Shown: positions 49,254-58,002, counted from the stretch's first letter. The stretch is DNA of 64,000 bases from Puniceicoccaceae bacterium (GCA_040830765.1 JBFOMH010000007.1:38356-102355), one strand, 5' to 3'. Notes: a model not told the origin generated them from the sequence alone. Program-made: numbers and translations.

Positions 49254-49275
49254 GATAGTTCGTTCCTTTCCTGAT

Positions 49276-49369
49276 AATGTTGAAGCTTGAGTGCGAAACA
49301 GGCACCTGCCAGACGTAGTGGCAAGAACGCAGGAGGCTCGGCGGTTGGCGTCCACCCCTGCGACTTGTT
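49276..49369 (-). repeat. Decayed long attC
   Basis: AATGTTGAAGCTTGAGTGCG...GGCGTCCACCCCTGCGACTTGTT; 94 bp, like the long variants. Confidence 0.6.
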
Positions 49370-49380
49370 GGACCCGTAAT

Positions 49381-49887
49381 CTACCATGGATTGGATGGTA
49401 TAAAAATACTTTCTTTTTCCCCTATCGGTCTGTCACTCATCCATTCAAACCTGGATTTTTGATAACTTTCCTTCTGGAGGTAAAAAACGTCATTCCTGAT
49501 CTCTGTAAATCCATGGTTCATATAGTAGTCCAACAGATATCTTGGGCAACATAGCACCATTGGCAAATTAGCATCTTTTTGCTCTCTCCATGCTCTTAGC
49601 TTTTCAAACATCCGCATAGGTAGCCTTTGCCCCTGGTACTCCGGAACGACAACAACTGCACCAACCCCGATGCACTGCGTTCTTTCTCCATCGATTATCA
49701 GGGTGTAGACATCAAATCCGATGTGCCCTATGGCTTCCCCATCCGATGAGGCACGAATGTGCAAATTTCCACCTGCCCAATCCGTTCCTATTCCTTCGGG
49801 CGAAAAGACATGCTCGCGCCAAGTAGTCAGTACACGCCAATCCTCTTCGGATAGACTGTCTGTGATCTCTACTTTAATTTCGGACAT
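49381..49887 (-). CDS. GNAT N-acetyltransferase (cassette)
   Basis: GVGAVVVVPEYQGQRL and YYMNHGF motifs; the ATG lies inside GTTATG. Confidence 0.8.
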   Translation of the reverse strand: MSEIKVEITDSLSEEDWRVLTTWREHVFSPEGIGTDWAGGNLHIRASSDGEAIGHIGFDVYTLIIDGERTQCIGVGAVVVVPEYQGQRLPMRMFEKLRAWREQKDANLPMVLCCPRYLLDYYMNHGFTEIRNDVFYLQKESYQKSRFEWMSDRPIGEKESIFIPSNPW

Positions 49888-49938
49888 AACCTTGAAGCTG
49901 AGGTGCGACACGACAGCGTCCCACCGCCAATAGGGGTT
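49888..49938 (-). repeat. Decayed attC
   Basis: AACCTTGAAGCTGAGGTGCGACACGACAGCGTCCCACC... Confidence 0.65.
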
Positions 49939-49951
49939 GACCCCGGTTACA

Positions 49952-50488
49952 CTACCCTAACTTTTTGTAGTGCAAGAGAATAGTACTTTGATTAAGCAGA
50001 CGGTGCTCTATAAGCTCCAGCTTTTGCTCTCCAATATGCGGCATAAACAACTTACCCCCGCCAAGTACCAGAGGCTCAACTACACAAATCCACTCGTCGA
50101 CCAACCCGGAACGCGCGTACATTGAATATATCTCTCCCCCGCCTGCTACCAGAATTTTGGAAAGTCCCCTTGTCCCGAGTTCATTGACTAATTCCTGTGG
50201 TGGAAGGGCTGAAAATTCAATACCGTGATCCCCGTACTCGGCACTGTATTTTTCTGGATTGCGCGTTATGATCATGCTCAGGGGACCACCTTCCTGGTGC
50301 GCCTTCCCCCTAAGCATCATCTCCTTTACAATATCAAATGTGACCCTGCCTGTGATGACTGCGTCGTAGTCTCTGAGCAGCTTGAAAAAGTTTTCTCTGG
50401 TTTCAGGCGAGGAGAACGGTGTCCCCTCCGCATTGGGCGGTGAAATTCGCCCATCAATAGATATGGTGGTTACTGCAACGATTTTCAT
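49952..50488 (-). CDS. Dihydrofolate reductase/RibD C-terminal family protein
   Basis: ISIDGRI, ITGRVTF, VAGGGEI, GLVDE and EPLVLGGGK motifs. Confidence 0.85.
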   Translation of the reverse strand: MKIVAVTTISIDGRISPPNAEGTPFSSPETRENFFKLLRDYDAVITGRVTFDIVKEMMLRGKAHQEGGPLSMIITRNPEKYSAEYGDHGIEFSALPPQELVNELGTRGLSKILVAGGGEIYSMYARSGLVDEWICVVEPLVLGGGKLFMPHIGEQKLELIEHRLLNQSTILLHYKKLG

Positions 50489-50512
50489 GATTATTAAACT
50501 GACTTGCCAAAG

Positions 50513-51034
50513 TTAAGGCTGTGGCACAACCGGCAGGATCCGGCTTTCAAGGGTGAATGCCTGGCCGGGAAATTCAAAGGGAAACCTTCCATTGAATTGG
50601 ACCGGTACTCCCTTGTACTTCATTGGTTCAAATCGAAAGCTTTTGAGGGCATCTAGTGCGATTTCGTTCAGACTACTATCCGTACTCTCCGTCACAACAG
50701 CCTCTATAACAGTACCATCACTGCCAATAACGGCCTCTACGATGACCTTGTTGTCCTCCCAGAGGAACGGCACTTCCTTGGGTTTTGTCCATTCAATTAC
50801 TTTTGGATTCTCATAATCTGAGTCTATTCCAGAGCCGGGTCTTACGTTATACTTTCCGGCAAACTTCTTTTTAAGAGATTCCTCGGTTACCTTTACTTCC
50901 CCACCTTTAGTATAAATCGCATCACTACGGACCGCTTCAGCAGGGAAACGGCTGTTGGTGCATCCGGAGAAAAGTACCAGAAACACAATTGTGCAGTATA
51001 GCCTGATTCTAAAGTTGTAATCGACTCTATCCAT
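50513..51034 (-). CDS. Lipoprotein with a TonB C-terminal domain
   Basis: FSGC lipobox; VIVEAVIGSDGTV..LNEIALDALKSFRFEP. Confidence 0.78.
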   Translation of the reverse strand: MDRVDYNFRIRLYCTIVFLVLFSGCTNSRFPAEAVRSDAIYTKGGEVKVTEESLKKKFAGKYNVRPGSGIDSDYENPKVIEWTKPKEVPFLWEDNKVIVEAVIGSDGTVIEAVVTESTDSSLNEIALDALKSFRFEPMKYKGVPVQFNGRFPFEFPGQAFTLESRILPVVPQP

Positions 51035-51041
51035 ATCGGCG

Positions 51042-51090
51042 AACGTTAAAGCTAATCAGCGCCTGGGGGCGTCACCTCCAGCGGCTGGTT
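51042..51090 (-). repeat. Decayed (internally deleted) attC
   Basis: AACGTTAAAGCT...GGCGTCACCTCCAGCGGCTGGTT, 49 bp. Confidence 0.75.
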
Positions 51091-51544
51091 GTGCTAGGAG
51101 ATTCTTCTCCATCAAAATTTCGGTTAATCCTTCTTCTGAAACAACTTCCTTTATTGTGGAGTAGCCCAGTCTTTCGTAAAAACCGACAGCAGTCACGCTA
51201 CTGGGAACCCTTAGGATCTTGATTCCCCTGCACCTTGCCAGTTGCTCCAGATAATCTATCATTATTCGACCAAGGCCTTTGAAGTGCCGTCCGGGATCCA
51301 CAAAGAAGTCGTGAATCCATTCATTTTCCATGAGTGCAGCTGTAGCTACAATCTTTTCTTCAATCACCCCAACGAAAACTTCTTTTTCTTTTGATGCTAA
51401 AATTATTTCTTTGGGTGTATAATATTCCGCCAAGGTCGCCATCAAGGTAGGGTCATAATCCTTCGTATTAACCTCCAGTAGGTTCCGAAGAACAATTTCA
51501 GAAACTTCTTTTGCATCCTGGGGGGAGAACTTTCTTATCTCCAT
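51056..51544 (-). CDS. GNAT N-acetyltransferase (cassette)
   Basis: FFVDPGRHFKGLG and SSVTAVGFYERLGY motifs. Confidence 0.85.
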   Translation of the reverse strand: MEIRKFSPQDAKEVSEIVLRNLLEVNTKDYDPTLMATLAEYYTPKEIILASKEKEVFVGVIEEKIVATAALMENEWIHDFFVDPGRHFKGLGRIMIDYLEQLARCRGIKILRVPSSVTAVGFYERLGYSTIKEVVSEEGLTEILMEKNLLAQPAAGGDAPRR

Positions 51545-51553
51545 TGTTGCGAA

Positions 51554-51605
51554 ACCGTTAAAGCTGTAATGCGTCGTGAGCGCGAAGCAGGGTCAGCGGG
51601 TGGTT
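51554..51605 (-). repeat. Decayed attC
   Basis: ACCGTTAAAGCTGTAATGCG...CAGCGGGTGGTT. Confidence 0.65.
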
Positions 51606-51612
51606 AGGTCAC

Positions 51613-51933
51613 TTAATAATCGATTGTATCGATTAATTCGTAGTGAATAGCTTTTTGATCCCACCTCTTGAGAACTTGTTGTGCAACATCAGGGACATAG
51701 CACTTCTTATAATCTTTTCCTTGCAGGCCAATGACATCCTCCAGGGAATCATAGGTCATCATTGTAACAAACTCTACCTCGTCTTTCTTTGCTATTCTCA
51801 ATACTTCAAATTTCCGCAACCCGGAGATTTTCTTAGCTTCGATTCCCGGGATAACTTTATTCAAAAGGATGTCTTGGTACGCATCAGCGTCCTCAAGCGT
51901 AGTCCATCCATGCCAAACTCTTTTTATACTCAT
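51613..51933 (-). CDS. Antibiotic-biosynthesis-monooxygenase-like (dimeric alpha-beta barrel) protein
   Basis: IKRVWHGWT..DAY, EFVT and HYE motifs. Confidence 0.7.
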   Translation of the reverse strand: MSIKRVWHGWTTLEDADAYQDILLNKVIPGIEAKKISGLRKFEVLRIAKKDEVEFVTMMTYDSLEDVIGLQGKDYKKCYVPDVAQQVLKRWDQKAIHYELIDTIDY

Positions 51934-51949
51934 AGTAACCTTTTCGATT

Positions 51950-52858
51950 CTATTTTAGAAATTTCTTCAGGAAAGCGATTTGCGCTTCACTTGACTTATT
52001 GAAGAGATCGCTTGGGTGATACAATAAACCAAAATGTCCCCCATCAATTTCTACCCATTCTTTTGGTTTTTGAATCGTCTCAAATACTTCTCTTGCAACC
52101 ATTGGATTTGCTCCCTTCATCTCATCATTTGTTGCAACCACCATTAAAATTGGCGCCTTTAAATGTCGTGCACATTGTCCGATATGGAAACGATCCGGGG
52201 TCTCCGTGATGGAAAAGGAGACTACATTTTCCCAGTTTGTACCAAAACGACCCCCATGCTCGATAAACCATCGATAGGCGGTTAACTCAGTTAATGCTGA
52301 GGGGGTGCCCAATTGGTCTGCCGATACTATGGGCATTCGCTCAGTAACGGTGTGTGGCAGATCTGCAATTCTCTCAGTCAGAAGTGTCTTCTTGGCAAAG
52401 GAATAAAGCTCTCCACTCTCATCCTCCTCGGGAAATTCATCTCCGAAGGCTGGAATCATTGATATTACTGATTGAATTCTTTCATCAACAGTTCCAACAA
52501 GAAATGCCTCTCGAGCGCTCATGCTAGCTCCCCAAACGGCAATCCGTTGTGTGTCAACTTCGGACCGGGTATAAAGAAAATCAATTGCATCAATATAGCC
52601 CCGTGCTTGCATCCAAAAATTGATTTCCTGCCGGGGTTCACCACCGCTTCTCCCCAGATTTCGGTGATCATATAATAAAACCGAAAATCCGGCTTGTTGG
52701 AATGCTTCAGCGTACCTGTCAGCCGTCATCTCATTTATGGTCGTTGTAAATCCATGAGCCATAACAAGAACCGGGCTTGGCCTGGCACCTGTCTCCGATA
52801 TATACAATTTCCCTCTCAGGACAGCCTCTTGCGAGTTAAACTCAATATTATGAATCAT
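51950..52858 (-). CDS. Alpha/beta hydrolase
   Basis: MAHGF, YDHRNLGRSGGEPR, WGASMS and GGHF motifs. Confidence 0.85.
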   Translation of the reverse strand: MIHNIEFNSQEAVLRGKLYISETGARPSPVLVMAHGFTTTINEMTADRYAEAFQQAGFSVLLYDHRNLGRSGGEPRQEINFWMQARGYIDAIDFLYTRSEVDTQRIAVWGASMSAREAFLVGTVDERIQSVISMIPAFGDEFPEEDESGELYSFAKKTLLTERIADLPHTVTERMPIVSADQLGTPSALTELTAYRWFIEHGGRFGTNWENVVSFSITETPDRFHIGQCARHLKAPILMVVATNDEMKGANPMVAREVFETIQKPKEWVEIDGGHFGLLYHPSDLFNKSSEAQIAFLKKFLK

Positions 52859-52915
52859 TTATGTCTTCCTTGAATCATCTATGTATTACATCGAAGACTT
52901 GTCCCAGATAAATCT

Positions 52916-52967
52916 AAGGCTGAAGCGGAGCTACGCCTGCGAGGGACGTCACCACCAGCGGGTGGTC
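52916..52967 (-). repeat. Decayed attC
   Basis: AAGGCTGAAGCGGAGCTACGCC...CGTCACCACCAGCGGGTGGTC. Confidence 0.65.
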
Positions 52968-52983
52968 GGCGTCATATCAATTT

Positions 52984-53385
52984 TTAGCTTACACTGTTCA
53001 TTTGTCGCTCGTATTCGGCTTCATCGTAATTTCCAAGCGACTCTAGAATAAGTTTGTCCTCTCCAATCTTCCAACTTTCAAATCCGCTTATATTCACAGA
53101 CTTACCATTACCTCCGGGGCCCGTATTTGTCCCAGTCCAAGTCCATCGAAAAATTATCCTCTCCCCTTCTCGAGAGATTGAATCCATCTCTACTACCATA
53201 TCGGGGAATGCTTCCATAAATGATTTGGCAGTTCTGGAAATTTCATTCCGACCGACTGAGGGATCCCCCGAATTTATTTTGAGAACACCGTTTTCAGAGT
53301 AGAAACCAGCAAGTGATTCGGGATCCTGACTACTCCACGCCTGAGCATAGCTATTCGCAAGTTTGGCTAATTCTGAATCATTCAC
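52984..53385 (-). CDS. SnoaL-like/NTF2 protein (cassette)
   Basis: YAQAWSSQD, AFPDM and WTWTGTNTGPGGNGK motifs; AGGAG plus GTG start. Confidence 0.82.
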   Translation of the reverse strand: MNDSELAKLANSYAQAWSSQDPESLAGFYSENGVLKINSGDPSVGRNEISRTAKSFMEAFPDMVVEMDSISREGERIIFRWTWTGTNTGPGGNGKSVNISGFESWKIGEDKLILESLGNYDEAEYERQMNSVS

Positions 53386-53415
53386 TGTAGTTTCTCCTTA
53401 TTAATGTTTTTGCCT

Positions 53416-53466
53416 AATGTTAATGCTGAGGTATGCGGGCGAGCGGTGTCACCACCAGCGGGTGGT
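53416..53466 (-). repeat. Decayed attC
   Basis: AATGTTAATGCTGAGGT...GTCACCACCAGCGGGTGGT. Confidence 0.68.
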
Positions 53467-53494
53467 GGAAACATGACATATCGATTCCATATCA

Positions 53495-54274
53495 CTACGG
53501 ATAATTATCATTGAAAACAAAAGCTATCCCTTCAGCATAAGAAATTGGATAGGTGTTTTCGTAGTCACTGTTTGTATACTCTTCTGATTCAAACACTAAC
53601 CAAGGCAACTCTGCTTTATGAATGAGATCGATTACCTTATTGCATTTTTCTCTATCATTGCTTGTAGAAAACGAAAAATGTAATCTTTTCGTAGATTTTT
53701 GTTTTGGAATCTCCTTACTTTCCAATAGCTCTACTAGTGCGGATGCATATAGTCCTGATGGATCTGTAGCGATAAAATTTTCGAAAACAGATGACTCAAT
53801 TTCTTCTTGAAAGAGTGCCATAAGTACTACCCCAGATTCACTGCCTTTCCCAATGAAAGTTCTAGAGGGATTCATCGTGTATCTGTTACTGACAAATTCA
53901 GCCATATCCCTGAAGACAATATAATCATCCTGAAATTTATCCGGTTCTGCATCGATATCGGGAATTCCGTCTAATGCAACCACCAGAGCTTCGACGCCGT
54001 TTAGTTTTTGCAGACCAGCGATTACCTGTTCAAATTCGTCGGTAGCAATTTTAAAATGCTGCTCAGTATAATCTATTAAGTAAATAGCAGGTAGATAATT
54101 GTTCTCCTCGTAGGCCTTCGGAATAAAAATTTTTCCAGTTTTAGAATTTTCATTGGAGGTGAACTCAAAAATTTCTATTCTCTCAGAAGATTCTGCCACT
54201 GTTGATCCAGGCATTGTATTAACGCTAATCAACATAGGGCTCAAGCTGAGAGTTAATACTAAATATCTAATCAT
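53495..54274 (-). CDS. Secreted esterase-like alpha/beta-fold hypothetical protein (cassette)
   Basis: Signal peptide; IFIPKAY..LPAIYLID; RTFIGKGSESG (atypical nucleophile elbow); start moved to MIRYL. Confidence 0.6.
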   Translation of the reverse strand: MIRYLVLTLSLSPMLISVNTMPGSTVAESSERIEIFEFTSNENSKTGKIFIPKAYEENNYLPAIYLIDYTEQHFKIATDEFEQVIAGLQKLNGVEALVVALDGIPDIDAEPDKFQDDYIVFRDMAEFVSNRYTMNPSRTFIGKGSESGVVLMALFQEEIESSVFENFIATDPSGLYASALVELLESKEIPKQKSTKRLHFSFSTSNDREKCNKVIDLIHKAELPWLVFESEEYTNSDYENTYPISYAEGIAFVFNDNYP

Positions 54275-54302
54275 TAATTTTCTTCTCTCCCACGGTACTT
54301 CC

Positions 54303-54397
54303 ACCGTTAATGCTTTGGTGCGACACGAGCTGCGCCCCGCGAAGCCCGCAGGGCGAAGCGGGGCGTCAGCGAGTGGCGCCACCACCAGCGACTTGTT
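54303..54397 (-). repeat. attC, long variant with a 34-bp hairpin insert
   Basis: Family arms plus the insert at 54331-54364. Confidence 0.85.
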
Positions 54398-54944
54398 GAG
54401 CCCAGATTTTATATCCCCAGGCACAAAATGCATATAGCAGCAAGATATAGAATAATACTGTCATTAGGCTTTTCAGAATAGTAAAAATACTGGATATCAG
54501 AACGATCGAAGGAGATAAGTCAGGATAAGATACTAGCATGCTGATAATCCCTAAATTTTCCAAGTAATCGAAAACTCCAGCAGCAACTGGGATAATCGAG
54601 AACAAGAAAATTTTTGACGATTTGCTGAATGATTTTCCAAATACCCAAATTAACATTAGGGAGTAAGTAACAGCAAATAATCCAGGATAGATGAAATCTA
54701 CTGGCAATTGATGTGTTGCGTAAGTGCTTCTCCCCTCAACTCCTATTCCATGCAAAAGGTTTACAGCAAATTCCATGGAATAACCAAGTGGAGACATATC
54801 AAAAAGGACCATATCCGGCGCCTCCGACAAAACTGCAGGAATACTGACTAAGAGAATCCAAACATACACGCTCATGGTCACTAGAAACAAAACGAGAACG
54901 TTTCTTCCTGAGGCGTAGTTAAATAACTTTCCAATGGCTGTCAT
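54366..54944 (-). CDS. Four-TM membrane protein (cassette)
   Basis: DFIYP and AGVFDYLEN motifs; reads into the attC. Confidence 0.75.
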   Translation of the reverse strand: MTAIGKLFNYASGRNVLVLFLVTMSVYVWILLVSIPAVLSEAPDMVLFDMSPLGYSMEFAVNLLHGIGVEGRSTYATHQLPVDFIYPGLFAVTYSLMLIWVFGKSFSKSSKIFLFSIIPVAAGVFDYLENLGIISMLVSYPDLSPSIVLISSIFTILKSLMTVLFYILLLYAFCAWGYKIWAQQVAGGGATR

Positions 54945-54978
54945 AGTCCAGATTCTCTGCGACTATTAGAATCCGCTC

Positions 54979-55043
54979 AACGTCGCGGATCAGGCGCCAC
55001 TGAACGGCGTAGCCGTGAAGTGGTCGGCCTGCATGCGCTTGTT
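54979..55043 (-). repeat. attC of a different sequence family
   Basis: AAC...CAGGCGCCACT....AGTGGTCGGCCTG...GTT; R'' GCCTAAC matches the cassette start GTTAGGC. Confidence 0.8.
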
Positions 55044-55125
55044 AGGCGATATTTTGCTTTATTCACCAGATTAATTTCAATTCAGTAAGAAACGGATATT
55101 TTGAAGCGTACATGTTGAATATGAT

Positions 55126-55728
55126 TTGCTCATGGTTGAGCTAACTACTGCACTCGTATTTTTTCTATTTCCTCTGGCTTATAGCCCGGGGCCTGGTAAT
55201 TTATTCTTTGCTGCAAATGGTGCCAGATTCGGCCTCCGGTCGACCATTCCTGCAACGACCGGGTATCACATTGCCACATGGATAGTCACGGTAGCAATAG
55301 GTTTTGGGTTTACCGCAGTGCTCCACGAGTTTCCCAGTTTATTCATAATTATAAAGGTTCTAGGATCGTTATATGTTCTTTGGCTTGCATGGAAATTGTT
55401 GCGTTCTGGAATTATAGATTCTAGCCAAGAGCCAACTGTCGCCAGTTTCAAGGATGGTGTGGTGCTTCTAGTACTAAATCCCAAGGCGTATTTCATTATT
55501 GCTGCGATGTTTGCACAATTTATAAGCAACGACTTAGGTAACAAACTTGTCCTGGTTTTGTGGATCTCAACGATCTTCACGTTCAACAATCTCCTGGCAT
55601 TTACACTATGGACAATTGTTGGAGATCGACTCGCAATCTTGTTCCGAAATGAATCTAATGCGAGATTAATGAATATAGGATTTGGGAGCCTGTTGGCCGC
55701 AGTAGCTACTTGGATGTTCTTTTCGTAG
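55126..55728 (+). CDS. LysE/RhtB family exporter (inverted within its cassette)
   Basis: SPGPGN, YVLWLAWK and LNPKAY motifs. Confidence 0.88.
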   Translation: MLMVELTTALVFFLFPLAYSPGPGNLFFAANGARFGLRSTIPATTGYHIATWIVTVAIGFGFTAVLHEFPSLFIIIKVLGSLYVLWLAWKLLRSGIIDSSQEPTVASFKDGVVLLVLNPKAYFIIAAMFAQFISNDLGNKLVLVLWISTIFTFNNLLAFTLWTIVGDRLAILFRNESNARLMNIGFGSLLAAVATWMFFS

Positions 55729-55747
55729 TTGAATCTCGCTATCGCCT

Positions 55748-55808
55748 AACGTTAAAGCTGTGGTGCGGCACGAGCGTCAGCGAGTGGCTTCACCACCAGC
55801 GATTGGTT
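55748..55808 (-). repeat. attC (main family)
   Basis: AACGTTAAAGCTGTGGTGCG..CACCACCAGCGATTGGTT, 61 bp. Confidence 0.9.
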
Positions 55809-55813
55809 CGATT

Positions 55814-56548
55814 CTACATCTTTAGCCAATTCGCAACCTCTATTAAAGGGCGACTCCACAAAACATCAGAAGATTTACCAATCCAATCAAGTAGGGCATC
55901 ATGCTCGGAGCTATCAATATAACCAGCATGGGTGCCTTTGCCGACTCCATGGAACATAAATATAATCCATCCTCCTACGGCAATCGCCTCTTCGATCTTA
56001 TCTTTAATCTCCTGAAAAGTTTTACCGTCGCCATTGAAATGTCCCAGTTCATAGATGTCGTAACCCTCGGCAGGAATGATAATCTTATTATTCAATGCTC
56101 CCCGAGCTGCTCCAAACAATTTGCTCAATACCGGCTTCATACTGATTTCGTAATCACCTGATCCTATTGTAGTATTACAACAATTGTTCCCATAGCTACG
56201 AACACTCCTTCCGTCTGTCAGACGCAGAATGAAATTTGCCACCTCCAACTCCTTGTGGAAACGCGTTTCACTATATTTTTTAAGGTCATAGCAATCCTCT
56301 AGCCAGCTCATCGCGTCTGATTTCCTGCATGGGTGGAATAAACTATGATTCCCTAGCTCATGCCCTCTTGCTGCTACTTGCCTCCAGGCATCATGATTTT
56401 GAGTGAAAGTATCGCAGATAGTCGTATTGAAAGTGGCTCTGCTATTATTCTCTTCGTGCTTACCAGCCACGTGCTCAAAGTGCACTGGCAGTGCATCGTC
56501 GTAGGTCAGTGATACCGCTGCTATTGTGTTATTAGGGAAAGAAGCCAT
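55814..56548 (-). CDS. Polysaccharide deacetylase family protein (cassette)
   Basis: SLTYDDA, GHELGNHSLFH and IFMFH motifs. Confidence 0.85.
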   Translation of the reverse strand: MASFPNNTIAAVSLTYDDALPVHFEHVAGKHEENNSRATFNTTICDTFTQNHDAWRQVAARGHELGNHSLFHPCRKSDAMSWLEDCYDLKKYSETRFHKELEVANFILRLTDGRSVRSYGNNCCNTTIGSGDYEISMKPVLSKLFGAARGALNNKIIIPAEGYDIYELGHFNGDGKTFQEIKDKIEEAIAVGGWIIFMFHGVGKGTHAGYIDSSEHDALLDWIGKSSDVLWSRPLIEVANWLKM

Positions 56549-56566
56549 GCTTTTTTGTCTTATTCG

Positions 56567-56660
56567 AACGTTAAAGCTGTGGTGCGGAGCGAGCGTGAGT
56601 CCCGCGAAGCTCGCAGAGCGTAGCGGGATCAGCGAGCGCCGTCACCACCAGCGGCTTGTT
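56567..56660 (-). repeat. attC, long variant with a 33-bp hairpin insert
   Basis: Family arms plus CCCGCGAAGCTCGCAGAGCGTAGCGGG. Confidence 0.88.
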
Positions 56661-57210
56661 CGCTCCTTATTTTAGTCCATGCATCTTTTGTAAGTTCCCA
56701 TATCTCGCTCTCTGAATAATCTGGATCTACAAATTTTGCTTTTTCGATTCGAATGCGAATTGCACCGGCCTTCTCTTTAATTCTACGAGATCTTTCATTA
56801 CCTAATGCGTTAGTCAGAATCAGTTTTTCCCAGTTTAGGGTATTGAAGGCAAAATCCGTGACGGCGTCAGCCGCCTCACTCATGTAACCTTTCCCCCAAT
56901 GTTTCTCAGCTAACCAAAATCCTCGATTGTCAGGATTTGATGGTTTCCATATCTCAATTAATCCAATCAGTTCTTCTGGATTTGTTTTCTCGATAATTCC
57001 CCATGACCACCTTGTTTTGCATTGGTTCGGCAGCAATATCTTGTAGTAAAACTCTTCGATCCCATCTTTTGGATAAGGCCAAGGAACAACATTCGATAGG
57101 TGTCGAATAATAGAGTAATTAACGAAATTTTTTCTATAGGATGAGAGATCTTTTGGGCGCACATCTCGCAGCAAAAGTCGCTTTGTAGGAATTTCTGGAA
57201 CGATACTCAT
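56629..57210 (-). CDS. RimJ/RimL-type GNAT acetyltransferase (cassette)
   Basis: TKRLLLR, RGFWLAEKHWGKGYMSEA and NERSRRIKEKAG motifs. Confidence 0.88.
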   Translation of the reverse strand: MSIVPEIPTKRLLLRDVRPKDLSSYRKNFVNYSIIRHLSNVVPWPYPKDGIEEFYYKILLPNQCKTRWSWGIIEKTNPEELIGLIEIWKPSNPDNRGFWLAEKHWGKGYMSEAADAVTDFAFNTLNWEKLILTNALGNERSRRIKEKAGAIRIRIEKAKFVDPDYSESEIWELTKDAWTKIRSEQAAGGDGAR

Positions 57211-57222
57211 TATAAATAAGCG

Positions 57223-57284
57223 AACGTTGAAGCTGAGCTACGCGTGCGAGCGACAGCGAGCCGCGTTAGCTCTAGCGAGTGGTT
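57223..57284 (-). repeat. attC (subtype B) of a gene-less cassette
   Basis: AACGTTGAAGCTGAGCTACGCG..CGCGTTAGCTCTAGCGAGTGGTT. Confidence 0.88.
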
Positions 57285-57384
57285 GTATCCTTGCCACCCA
57301 GTTTCCTAACCCTAAATCCGGCCGCTCCGACCCAGGGTAACAAGTTACTTTTTCTTTTAATTCCATAAATACCTTAGGGGATAC

Positions 57385-57479
57385 AACGTTAAAGCTGTGG
57401 TGCGCCAGGAGCTGTGCCCTGCGAAGCCCGCAGGGCGAAGCGGGGCGTCAGCGAGTGGCGTCACCACCAGCGAATGGTT
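57385..57479 (-). repeat. attC, long variant with a 34-bp hairpin insert
   Basis: Family arms plus the insert at 57413-57446. Confidence 0.88.
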
Positions 57480-57820
57480 AGTGTTTCTGCTATTGAGTCC
57501 AAACGCTTATCCAAAGTCCAAAGGGGTATCTCATAGATTATTGCTGAACACAAAATAGCCGCATCAAAATATCCGATCCCCTTCCCATACAATTTTCTCT
57601 CTTCGATGAAATAGAGCACTTCAGAGTGTGAACATTCAGAAATTGCAGGCAAATCTCCCAATAACCCTAAGAACTGTTTTCGCTTCGTAATATTTCCGAT
57701 GTGCAACTCCCCAATTACCAAGGGATGCGTTGCGACTTCTCCGTCTTGAAGAAGATTCTTTAATTTCTCATTTCCCTGTCTCAGGAAATCTATCCATACC
57801 GATGTGTCTACCAGGACCAT
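57461..57820 (-). CDS. vapC: VapC/PIN toxin (TA cassette)
   Basis: VLVDTSVWIDFL, HPLVIGEL, GIGYFDAAI and LWTLDKRL motifs. Confidence 0.9.
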   Translation of the reverse strand: MVLVDTSVWIDFLRQGNEKLKNLLQDGEVATHPLVIGELHIGNITKRKQFLGLLGDLPAISECSHSEVLYFIEERKLYGKGIGYFDAAILCSAIIYEIPLWTLDKRLDSIAETLTIRWW

Positions 57821-58002
57821 TACCTTCTCCTGATCGGTTCAACCTTTGGGGAACTACCCCCCAGTTTTGCCAGCCTTCGGGAACTCTCTTTTTCTATCAA
57901 GGTCCTTAAGCCTTCGTGCAACAACTGGGTTTTCTCCCTTATCCCCGTCAGCTTGGAGGCCTTTTCGTAAATACTATCGTCAATGTTTAGGGTTGTTCTC
58001 AT
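57820..58002 (-). CDS. vapB: VapB antitoxin (RHH; TA cassette)
   Basis: MRTTLNIDD..GIREKTQLLHEGL..RRLAKLGGS; the stop overlaps the vapC start. Confidence 0.88.
   Translation of the reverse strand: MRTTLNIDDSIYEKASKLTGIREKTQLLHEGLRTLIEKESSRRLAKLGGSSPKVEPIRRR

Noticed and set aside
49952..50488. Trimethoprim-resistance dfr cassette
   Set aside because: Motifs fit the RibD-C/DHFR-like family rather than DfrA or DfrB; resistance cannot be inferred.
53495..54433. 312-aa ORF spanning an attC as a cassette fusion protein
   Set aside because: The first 53 codons are the upstream gene's end plus attC in an open frame; a signal peptide begins at the ATG at 54274.
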